This document shows positions 18,713 to 26,009 of a stretch of 36,345 nucleotides of DNA, piece after piece. The stretch comes from Candidatus Woesearchaeota archaeon (GTDB lineage: Archaea > Nanobdellota > Nanobdellia > Pacearchaeales > GW2011-AR1). Both the position numbers and the translations under genes were made by a program. The stretch covers positions 1-36,345 of the forward strand of contig CAYNAV010000004.1 in NCBI GenBank assembly GCA_964395405.1, written 5' to 3'. The notes below the pieces were generated by a model. That model had not been told where the DNA came from. It did no database searches and saw only the letters and a program-made list of their open reading frames with translations. Within the stretch, counting starts at the first letter, position 1. The number at the start of each line of letters is the position of its first letter.

Positions 18713-19420
18713 ATGTTAGATAAGTTAAAAAAAGAGCTAAGGGAGAATGGGGATAAAGAGAGAGCAGAACATTCTAAGAGATTTTTTAAAACCGGCAAGG
18801 GAGAGTATGGGGAAGGAGATGTTTTTCTTGGATTAAAAGTGCCTGATGAAAGAGAGATTGTAAAGAAATACGATTTGGATTTTGAGGATGTGCAGAAACT
18901 GCTAGATTCAGATATTCATGAGGAAAGATTTGCTGGTTTGCTTATTTTGATTAGTAGATATAAAAATAAAAAGGCGGACGATGAATTGAGAAGAGAAATT
19001 TTTGATTTTTATCTTAAAAATGCTAAGAAAGGAAGAATAAATAACTGGGACTTGGTTGATTTGTCCTGTCATAAGGTTGTTGGGGCTTATTTGGTAGATA
19101 AGGATAGAGATGTTTTGTATGAACTTGTTAAAGGGAATTTATGGGAAAAAAGAATCGCTATTATTTCGTGTTTTGCATTTATTAAAAATAATGATTTTAA
19201 GGATGCTTTGAAAATTTCTGAATTGTTGTTTAAGGATAAGCATGATTTAATTCATAAGGCTGTTGGGTGGGTTTTGAGGGAGGTTGGGAAGAAAAATCAA
19301 TCTGTTGAAGAGGATTTTTTAAAGAAGCATTACAAGACTATGCCAAGAACAATGTTGAGGTATGCTATTGAAAGATTTGATGAGGGTTTGAGAAAGAAGT
19401 ATCTTGGTGGAGAAGTTTAG
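18713..19420 (+). CDS. AlkD-like DNA alkylation repair protein
   Basis: FFKTGKGEYGEGDVFLG, INNWDLVDLS, DLIHKAVGWVLREVGK and MPRTMLRYAIERF. Confidence 0.93.
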   Translation: MLDKLKKELRENGDKERAEHSKRFFKTGKGEYGEGDVFLGLKVPDEREIVKKYDLDFEDVQKLLDSDIHEERFAGLLILISRYKNKKADDELRREIFDFYLKNAKKGRINNWDLVDLSCHKVVGAYLVDKDRDVLYELVKGNLWEKRIAIISCFAFIKNNDFKDALKISELLFKDKHDLIHKAVGWVLREVGKKNQSVEEDFLKKHYKTMPRTMLRYAIERFDEGLRKKYLGGEV

Positions 19421-19517
19421 ATTTTTTTAATTATCTGTGTTTAGTAACTCGCATACTAATTTGCTATTGTTTATTTAATTTATTATTTTTATCGCCTTTA
19501 TTTTAGTGAAGGCATGT

Positions 19518-19994
19518 TTATCTATTTATTGTAATTTCATCCCCTATCTGAAGGTTATGTTGTGATGCAAAACCGGAATTGACTTCGAGAACATATTGGG
19601 CTGGCTTGGTGGGTGTGTATATCTCACATTGTTTGTTTTCTGGGCATGGAATTGCATTTGCGATATAAACAATTTTCATATCAGAAGAGATCCAGATAAT
19701 GTCTAGCGGTAGCTGGGTTTCACTCATCCAGAAGCTGTAAATTCCTCTTTTATCATAAGGGAATAACATCCCTGAACTTGGTCCTAGGAAGGTTTGATTC
19801 ATTAATCCTGTTTGCTTTTTTTCATCTGAATATGCCATTTCTGCATTGATGCATGTTGATTGGAGGTTAAAACAAACCTCTACTGTTTGATTATCGTCCC
19901 ATTTAGTAGTTGTTTTTTGAGGTACCATAGAAATTAAGATTAATATGACTAGGACAAGAATAATGCTAGCAATAAGTAAGTAACTTTTTTTCAT
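19518..19994 (-). CDS. DUF192 family exported protein
   Basis: N-terminal TM; GLMNQ, GMLF, FWMSETQLPLDIIWI and YVLEVNSG. Confidence 0.92.
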   Translation of the reverse strand: MKKSYLLIASIILVLVILILISMVPQKTTTKWDDNQTVEVCFNLQSTCINAEMAYSDEKKQTGLMNQTFLGPSSGMLFPYDKRGIYSFWMSETQLPLDIIWISSDMKIVYIANAIPCPENKQCEIYTPTKPAQYVLEVNSGFASQHNLQIGDEITINR

Positions 19995-20178
19995 CTTCTA
20001 ATATATATTTCTGATATTAAAAATGTTTAGAAATGACAATTACCACTCAAAAATAGAGCTGTATCTCTTAAAAGTGATTCAGTATATAAACCAAATTGTT
20101 GTGTAAGATATACTTTAGATTAAATAAGTCTATATAAAGAAAAACAGATTCCGATTGTTAAGGAGGTGCTATAAGGTT

Positions 20179-20313
20179 ATGGAAGTTGAAATAAAGTTTG
20201 GTAAGGCTTCAAAAGAGTCTTTTAAGAGGGATAAGCTTTTGAAGGCTATATATAAGAAGTTTAAGAATTCTCTTTGGGAGAAGTCTGAGAATGGGTATAG
20301 GGTTTTTATTTGA
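20179..20313 (+). CDS. Small basic protein, 44 aa (not in ORF track)
   Basis: MEVEIKFGKASKESFKRDKLLKAIYKKFKNSLWEKSENGYRVFI; SD AGGAGGTG at 20161-20168 and TATATAAA at 20131-20138. Confidence 0.7.
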   Translation: MEVEIKFGKASKESFKRDKLLKAIYKKFKNSLWEKSENGYRVFI

Positions 20314-20722
20314 TTTTTTCCCTAAGATATACTGAAAATCCCCATAGACTAAGTAGCGTAAATGAAAATATAGGTATTGAGATCTTTAGGGTTAGTTTTA
20401 AGAAAGAAAGCTAATTTTTAATATCATTTATAGTCATATTAAGATTATTGACTTGTTGATTAAGTATGATTATTTCCCGATTGGCAATAGTAATATTTTT
20501 ACTCTCATATAATTCTTTATAGTAAGAAGAAAGATTCATATAATAACTTAAATTCAATGTTAAATTAGTATTGTAGCTGTTGCAGGTAGTTAACTCAGTC
20601 TGATAAGGAAGAACCTCTTTACTACAATCCGTAGGTTGTGGAATTTCTGCATTTACAATCCCCAAGGTTGTAACTAATAATATAAATCCAATCAATATGG
20701 CTACTTTTTTACCCTCACCCAT
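20306..20722 (-). pseudogene. Secreted coiled-coil protein with C-terminal TM anchor, interrupted by an in-frame TAG at 20413-20411
   Basis: After the TAG the frame continues for 34 codons, LSFLKLTLKISIPIFSFTLLSLWGFSVYLREKIK, to TAA at 20308-20306, giving a TM helix plus basic tail. Confidence 0.65.
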
Positions 20723-20792
20723 CTAAATTAAATAAAATGCTTGTATATAAACGGTTCGGAATTTCGGACATGTAATATACCCGAGAATATAA

Positions 20793-20972
20793 CGCTCCCA
20801 CCGGGATTCGAACCCGGGTTTCCACCGTTCTCCGAAAATCTTAGAAAGTCTGAACTTTCAGAGATTTGCAGTTGCTCAAGAGAGCAAAGTTGTGGTCTCA
20901 TCGACATTAACTCCCTGCAAAACTTTTCAGTTTTGAGAGGGTGGTGTCCTTGACCGGCTAGACTATGGGAGC
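20793..20972 (-). tRNA. tRNA-Glu(CUC) with a 106-nt intron at position 37/38
   Basis: Acceptor stem GCTCCCA/TGGGAGC, D-arm GTCT..GGAC, anticodon stem CCACC/GGTGG with CTC at 20937-20935, T-arm CCGGG-TTCGAAT-CCCGG; no encoded CCA; TTTTTAAA about 25-30 nt upstream. Confidence 0.95.
20828..20933 (-). other. tRNA intron with relaxed bulge-helix-bulge/loop junction
   Basis: Exon CTCT pairs with intron GGAG; 3-nt bulge AA|C at the 3' site; enlarged bulge at the 5' site closed by GAAAA/TTTTC. Removing the intron restores a 7-nt anticodon loop CTCTCAC. Confidence 0.85.
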
Positions 20973-21026
20973 TTGGTTATAGAAATGTAAATTGGTTTAA
21001 AAATCTTTATAATTGAGATATTAAAA

Positions 21027-22097
21027 CTAAAACTTCCAAATACCGTTTTCTTGAACAACTTTTCCATCAAGAATGATTTTTGCATTTTTCATGCTTTTTA
21101 CAATATCCCAATGGATTGCGGAATCATTTCCACCGCCATTATCTTTGTAAGCCATTCCTAGAGCTAAATGGATTGTTCCACCTATTTTTTCATCAAATAA
21201 AAGATTTTTTGTGTATCTGTTTATCTTTGGATTCATTCCAATTCCAAATTCACCTACATAGCTAGAGTTTGTATCTGTTGCGAGCATTTGTTTTAGAAAA
21301 TCTTCATTTTTATCTGCTTTTGATTCTATTACTTTTCCATTTTCGAATCTTAGAAAGATTTCTGAAACTTCTTTTCCTGATTCAATTGCAGGATATTCAA
21401 ATTTAATCCAGCCGTTTAAACTTTCTCTGACAGGGGCCATGAAGACTTCTCCTCCAGGCATGTTCTCTTCTCCTTTATCTGCTTTTGCAAGATTTCCATG
21501 AATGTCGAATTTTAAATCCACACCTTCTCCTAATAGCTGGACTTTCTTTCCGTTTTTGAAGACTTTTAGAACTTTGTCAATTTGCTTCCCTAATTTTTCC
21601 CAGTCTTGTAAACAGGATGCGAATACAAAATTTTCATAATCTACCAAATCCATTTCAGCTTCCTGGGCTAGAGCGATACAGGGAAATCCAACTGTGCATC
21701 TTAATATCTTGTCTTTTTCATTTACAATATAATTGCTGATTGGTCTCGTTATTTTTGCTCTTGCTGTTATTTTTGCGGGATTGCAGGATGATAGTTCTTT
21801 TGTATTTGTTTCTGTGTCAATCCCAATATATTTTTGTGCATTTTTAACCATGAAGTCAAAGTGTTCCGGGAATTTTTCAATTTGCTCTTTATTTGCATGT
21901 TTGTAGAAAAAAGAAGATAAGCCGGGAATGTTTACCCTTAGGATTGGGTGAGCTCCTTTTAGGATTACTTCCTTGTATATTGCTGATATAAATTCACTTG
22001 CCTCTGTTCCTCCTGATATTACAACATTCTCTCCTTTCTTAACTTCGAGTGAGTAATTCACTAATAGTTTTGCAAGTTTTTGCGTTCTTATATCCAT
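21027..22097 (-). CDS. M29 family aminopeptidase (AmpS/PepS-like)
   Basis: KLAKLLVNYSL, NMPGGEVF, GEFGIG, LFDEKIGGTIHLALG and NDSAIHWDIV. Confidence 0.95.
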   Translation of the reverse strand: MDIRTQKLAKLLVNYSLEVKKGENVVISGGTEASEFISAIYKEVILKGAHPILRVNIPGLSSFFYKHANKEQIEKFPEHFDFMVKNAQKYIGIDTETNTKELSSCNPAKITARAKITRPISNYIVNEKDKILRCTVGFPCIALAQEAEMDLVDYENFVFASCLQDWEKLGKQIDKVLKVFKNGKKVQLLGEGVDLKFDIHGNLAKADKGEENMPGGEVFMAPVRESLNGWIKFEYPAIESGKEVSEIFLRFENGKVIESKADKNEDFLKQMLATDTNSSYVGEFGIGMNPKINRYTKNLLFDEKIGGTIHLALGMAYKDNGGGNDSAIHWDIVKSMKNAKIILDGKVVQENGIWKF

Positions 22098-22233
22098 GTC
22101 AATTATCCAGAAGCAGTCTGGTGCCGATCACCTTATTATTTACTGTTTATATATGTTTAAAAAGGTTTTGGGATGCAAATAGTTTTTGCAAAAGCTTTAA
22201 ATAGTTTTTATTGTTTGTATCTTTACTATACTC

Positions 22234-22268
22234 CCTGTTGATCTTAATCGATCAACAGGAACTTTTTT
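22234..22268 (+). promoter_or_regulatory. Perfect 10-bp hairpin plus T-tract in the leader of the NYN gene
   Basis: CCTGTTGATC-TTAATC-GATCAACAGG followed by AACTTTTTT, between TTTAAATA (about 22196-22203) and ATG 22272. Confidence 0.6.
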
Positions 22269-22271
22269 AAA

Positions 22272-22817
22272 ATGAGTGACAAAGAAAGATGTGCTATTTT
22301 TATAGACCGGGGATATTTAAGCCAAGTTATTAAGGATCAATTTAATGGAGGTTCTGTGGATTATTTCAGAATGTGCGATAAGATTTGTCATGATTTGGGA
22401 TTGGAGAGACTAAGAACATATGTATATACTTGCTTACTGCTTATAAGAAAAAATAATTTAGAGGATATTAAAAGAAAGGCAAATGTTCAGAAATTTCTTA
22501 GTAAACTTAGAAGGCTTCCACGATTTGAAATTAAGCTGGGAAAACTTCAATGGATAGGTAATCAATTCAGGCAGAAAATGATTGATGTGTTGATGTCTCT
22601 GGACATTGCTACCATGGCATACGAAGAACAGATAAAAGAGATAATTGTTTTTGCAGGAGATTCTGATTTTATTCCTGCTATCAAAAAAGCAAAAGATTAT
22701 GGGGTTGTTATACATTTATTTTATCATCGGTCTTCAGTACATAACGACTTACTCGATGAGGTAGACGAGATTCATGAAATAAATTTAGATCTAATAAATT
22801 CTTGCAAGATAAAATGA
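22272..22817 (+). CDS. NYN domain (LabA/DUF88, PIN-like) nuclease
   Basis: IFIDRGYL, QKMIDVLMSLD, FAGDSDFIPAIKKAKDYG and LLDEVD. Confidence 0.92.
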   Translation: MSDKERCAIFIDRGYLSQVIKDQFNGGSVDYFRMCDKICHDLGLERLRTYVYTCLLLIRKNNLEDIKRKANVQKFLSKLRRLPRFEIKLGKLQWIGNQFRQKMIDVLMSLDIATMAYEEQIKEIIVFAGDSDFIPAIKKAKDYGVVIHLFYHRSSVHNDLLDEVDEIHEINLDLINSCKIK

Positions 22818-23581
22818 AAATATCTTGTTTATCATCTGGTTCAAGCGGAAATTGCTTTTATGTTTCTAATAAAGATAGTGCGGTATTGATTGATTGTGGA
22901 ATTTCTTCAAAACAGGTTGAAGAAAGGCTTTCTATGATTAAGCAAAACCCTGAAAAGATTAAGGGAATTTTTATTACTCATGAGCATGGGGATCATACAA
23001 AAGGGGTAGATGTTTTTGCAAGAAAATTCAATATTCCGGTCTTTGCAACAAAAGGGACAATAAATAATTCTTTTTTAACTTCGGATAATGATTTGATATT
23101 TCCTATAAAGAACAATGAGACTCTTGAGCTTGGAAAGATGGAAATTGAAGCATTTTCAAAAGCTCATGATTGTGAGGATCCTGTTTCGTTTAGAATTAAA
23201 AATGGAAGAACTTTGTCCATTATAACCGATATAGGACATTCTTGCAGGAATGTAATTGACGCTGTTTCGGATTCTGATTTTTTAGTAATAGAGGCAAATC
23301 ATGATATTGAGATGCTCAAGAATGGAAGATATCCTTGGTTTTTGAAAAACAGGATTCTAAGTGAGAATGGACATTTGTCTAACTATGACTCTGGACTTTG
23401 TGTCATGGAGCATGGCAAGAGGAAACTTAAGAATGTTGTCCTTGCTCATTTAAGCGAAAACAATAATACTTCTATTGCTGCTCTTTCTACTTTTTCGGGA
23501 TTGATTAAACAGAGGAGTGACTTAAGGCCTAGATTGGGATTGTCTTTGAAAAACTCTGCGACTTGTTTGATGAAAGTTTAA
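22814..23581 (+). CDS. Metallo-beta-lactamase-fold hydrolase, YycJ/WalJ-like
   Basis: LSSGSSGNC, IDCG, THEHGDH, EANHD, GHLSN and LAHLSENNN; ATG 22814 preferred because it gives an ATGA overlap with the NYN stop. Confidence 0.92.
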   Translation: MKISCLSSGSSGNCFYVSNKDSAVLIDCGISSKQVEERLSMIKQNPEKIKGIFITHEHGDHTKGVDVFARKFNIPVFATKGTINNSFLTSDNDLIFPIKNNETLELGKMEIEAFSKAHDCEDPVSFRIKNGRTLSIITDIGHSCRNVIDAVSDSDFLVIEANHDIEMLKNGRYPWFLKNRILSENGHLSNYDSGLCVMEHGKRKLKNVVLAHLSENNNTSIAALSTFSGLIKQRSDLRPRLGLSLKNSATCLMKV

Positions 23582-23605
23582 ATATCTCTTTTTTGTTTAT
23601 TTGTC

Positions 23606-24268
23606 ATGGCTGATGAAGTATTATATGCAGTAGATGAAATGTTGAGGCCTTGGTTATTTGGAGCACTGAAAGATAAGATAGATATTGTCTGTGTTGGAGA
23701 TAGTATAACTGGGTGGAATAATTCTGGTAGTTCAGGGGATTGGCCATTTGTTACTTATCCAGGTCTTTTGCATGGGATATATCAGGGCTTGAGAAAAAAG
23801 TTAAGGGTTGTAAATTGTGGGATTGCCGGAGCATTAAGTTCTGCAGGGAGTGCATTGGTGGGCGAAGGTTTAGAAAAGTTTCCTAATTCTCAATATTTTG
23901 TAATAGGCTTTGGAGCTAATGATCTTGGAATGGGGGGAGGAGTTAGAGAGACTAGTGAAGGGATAATTGATAATCTCAGGGAAATGGTTAGCTGTGTTAA
24001 GGGACGAGGAAAGATACCTCTTTTGCTTAATGTACCTCATTTGGATGACTCTTGGTTTTCAGGAGATGTTGCAGATTATGCCCGCGAAAAAAGAGATTAT
24101 TATAATCCTCGGTTGAGGGATTACTGTTTGGGAAATGGAATAAAACTTGTGGATATTTGTTCAATACTTGGTAATGGTGATTTTGGGGATGGTCTTCATC
24201 CAAATAGTAATGGAGCAAGAAAGATTGCAGAGCAAGTCTTCTTAGCTTTGAATTCTTTTAGTGTTTAA
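23606..24268 (+). CDS. SGNH/GDSL hydrolase
   Basis: Block I VCVGDSIT, II NCGIAG, III GFGANDL, V DGLHPN. Confidence 0.93.
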   Translation: MADEVLYAVDEMLRPWLFGALKDKIDIVCVGDSITGWNNSGSSGDWPFVTYPGLLHGIYQGLRKKLRVVNCGIAGALSSAGSALVGEGLEKFPNSQYFVIGFGANDLGMGGGVRETSEGIIDNLREMVSCVKGRGKIPLLLNVPHLDDSWFSGDVADYAREKRDYYNPRLRDYCLGNGIKLVDICSILGNGDFGDGLHPNSNGARKIAEQVFLALNSFSV

Positions 24269-24305
24269 CCATTAGAATTAAATAATCGTTTAGCCTTAAA
24301 AATAC

Positions 24306-24788
24306 ATGGAAAAAGCTCAATTGTTGGACGAACTGAAGGAGAGATTTGCGATTATGAAAGCAGAGCTGGGGTTTAAGTCTAGCTTGGAGGATTTGAATAA
24401 TATTTTTTTTCTTGATGATTTTGTGATTAAAACTGAATTTGTTTCTAATAGGTTGTCAAGGCAGATATGTTCGAGAATTGTAGAGACTTATATGAACTGG
24501 AACAATTATCTTCATAGTTTAATTATTGCTAACCCCCAGAATATGATAAATGTTACGGAGAGTAAGGTTTTTAATGATGAAGAACGAGTAGAAATAAGGA
24601 AACTTATGACAAAAGCAATGGCGTTGGTAAGCACTAATACTTTAGTTGGTTTGACAAAGGACAGAAAAGCAGAATCTAAGTTTATTGATGATTCTGTGAG
24701 CTTTTGGGTTAGTGAATTTGGAGTTAAAGTTGAAGAGATCATGAGAAAAGTAAATGATGGGTGGAAAGAGAGGATTGCAAAATCATAA
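24306..24788 (+). CDS. Hypothetical alpha-helical protein
   Basis: 160-aa ORF with TTAAATAA upstream. Confidence 0.75.
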   Translation: MEKAQLLDELKERFAIMKAELGFKSSLEDLNNIFFLDDFVIKTEFVSNRLSRQICSRIVETYMNWNNYLHSLIIANPQNMINVTESKVFNDEERVEIRKLMTKAMALVSTNTLVGLTKDRKAESKFIDDSVSFWVSEFGVKVEEIMRKVNDGWKERIAKS

Positions 24789-24808
24789 ATTTTGAAAGGA
24801 GGTGATGA

Positions 24809-25348
24809 ATGATAAATTTATTTTTACAGGCGGCAGGAATGGGTGATGATGTATTTGGAGGAATGGTTGCAGGAGGAGCATTAGCTGGTTTAATCGGCTT
24901 TATTGCAGCTTTTTTTGTATTATTTCTACTAATAGGGATTGGGGTTTATGTCTATAGCTCCTTTGCATTTGTAAGGATTAGCAAAAAAGCAGGACTATCA
25001 AGTCCGAATATAGCTTGGATTCCTGGAGTTGGACCATTAATTAATGCGTTTAGGATTTCCAAGATGCATTGGTGGCCATGGCTTCTTTTGATAGCATACT
25101 TTATTCCGATATTGAATTTTTTTGCAATGATTCTTTTTGCAGTATATTCTGTTATCTGGATGTGGAAGATGTTTGAAGCGATTGGAAGACCTGGTTGGTG
25201 GATATTGCTTGGTTTAATACCTTTTGCAGGCGGAATTATCATGCTTGTTTTGATTGGAATTGCAGCTTGGGGGGAGCCCGAAACAATGAAGAGAAATGCT
25301 CCAATGAGAACTGCTGTTAAAAAGAAAACAGTTAAAAGAAGAAGATAA
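24809..25348 (+). CDS. Multi-pass membrane protein (DUF5684/DUF805-like) with basic tail
   Basis: SD AGGAGGTGAT at 24797-24806; KKAG..AWIP, WKMFEAIGRPGWWILLGLIPF; ends AVKKKTVKRRR. Confidence 0.8.
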   Translation: MINLFLQAAGMGDDVFGGMVAGGALAGLIGFIAAFFVLFLLIGIGVYVYSSFAFVRISKKAGLSSPNIAWIPGVGPLINAFRISKMHWWPWLLLIAYFIPILNFFAMILFAVYSVIWMWKMFEAIGRPGWWILLGLIPFAGGIIMLVLIGIAAWGEPETMKRNAPMRTAVKKKTVKRRR

Positions 25349-25409
25349 CCATAATTAAATTTTTTTTATTTTTTCATTAAATATTTAAACCCTCAAACCA
25401 TTAAAGTTT

Positions 25410-25802
25410 ATGGTAGAGGTGAAAGAAGAGGTTCATAAGATTTTTCATTCAAAAAGAACTTTTGGGCAGAGGGCAGCGGATTCTTTGACAAAGTATGCGG
25501 GAAGTTGGGGTTTTATAATTTTATTTTTTGTTTTCCTTTTAGTGTGGATTTTGATTAATGGTTATTTTCTTGTTATGTATCAACAAGGAAACCCTTTTGA
25601 CCCTTATCCATTTATTTTATTGAACTTGGCATTGTCTTGTTTAGCTGCGATTCAGGCGCCGATAATTTTGATGAGCCAGAATAGGCAGGCTGAGAAAGAC
25701 AGGAGAAAGGCGGAGTATGATTATAAGGTCAATGTTAAGGCTGAGAAAGAGATTCAGGAGATGCGTGAGCAGCTTAAGAGGATTGAGAGAAGGTTGAGAT
25801 AG
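25410..25802 (+). CDS. DUF1003 membrane protein
   Basis: TFGQRAAD..GSWGFI, FDPYPFILLNLALSCLAAIQAPIILMSQNRQ and DYKVNVKAEKEI. Confidence 0.95.
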   Translation: MVEVKEEVHKIFHSKRTFGQRAADSLTKYAGSWGFIILFFVFLLVWILINGYFLVMYQQGNPFDPYPFILLNLALSCLAAIQAPIILMSQNRQAEKDRRKAEYDYKVNVKAEKEIQEMREQLKRIERRLR

Positions 25803-25821
25803 GGTAAGTAGTAATCTGTTT

Positions 25822-26004
25822 TTACTTTAGCACTGCTGGAGAATAGTCTGTACATTCTGGAGTTATTCCAGTACAATTAACACATTCTTTTCTAAGATAA
25901 TATTTCAAATGAGGGGTATACCTTAACTCATAAGCTGTTTCGCATATGGGTTGGCTGTCATCTATATTTTCTGGTTGGGGATTAGTTCTTATTAGAAATT
26001 TCAT
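25822..26004 (-). CDS. Small four-Cys protein
   Basis: 60-aa ORF starting 5 nt after the alaS stop; CVNC plus two further Cys. Confidence 0.55.
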   Translation of the reverse strand: MKFLIRTNPQPENIDDSQPICETAYELRYTPHLKYYLRKECVNCTGITPECTDYSPAVLK

Positions 26005-26009
26005 GATAT

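Noticed and set aside
20411-20413. Genome-wide TAG recoding or pyrrolysine
   Set aside because: TAG ends the surface protein, AlkD-like, DUF1003 and TFE genes at plausible termini, no conserved gene shows an internal TAG, and no pyl genes are present.
20828-20933. Hammerhead ribozyme, group I intron or ORF within the tRNA intron
   Set aside because: No CUGANGA core in the right context, too short for a group I intron, no convincing ORF, and the junction fits endonuclease splicing.
20741-20953. 70-aa plus-strand ORF (LPPGFEPG)
   Set aside because: Antisense translation of the tRNA-Glu gene and its intron.
20700-21030. Integrated element at the tRNA
   Set aside because: No integrase and no duplicated tRNA 3' end seen elsewhere in the window.
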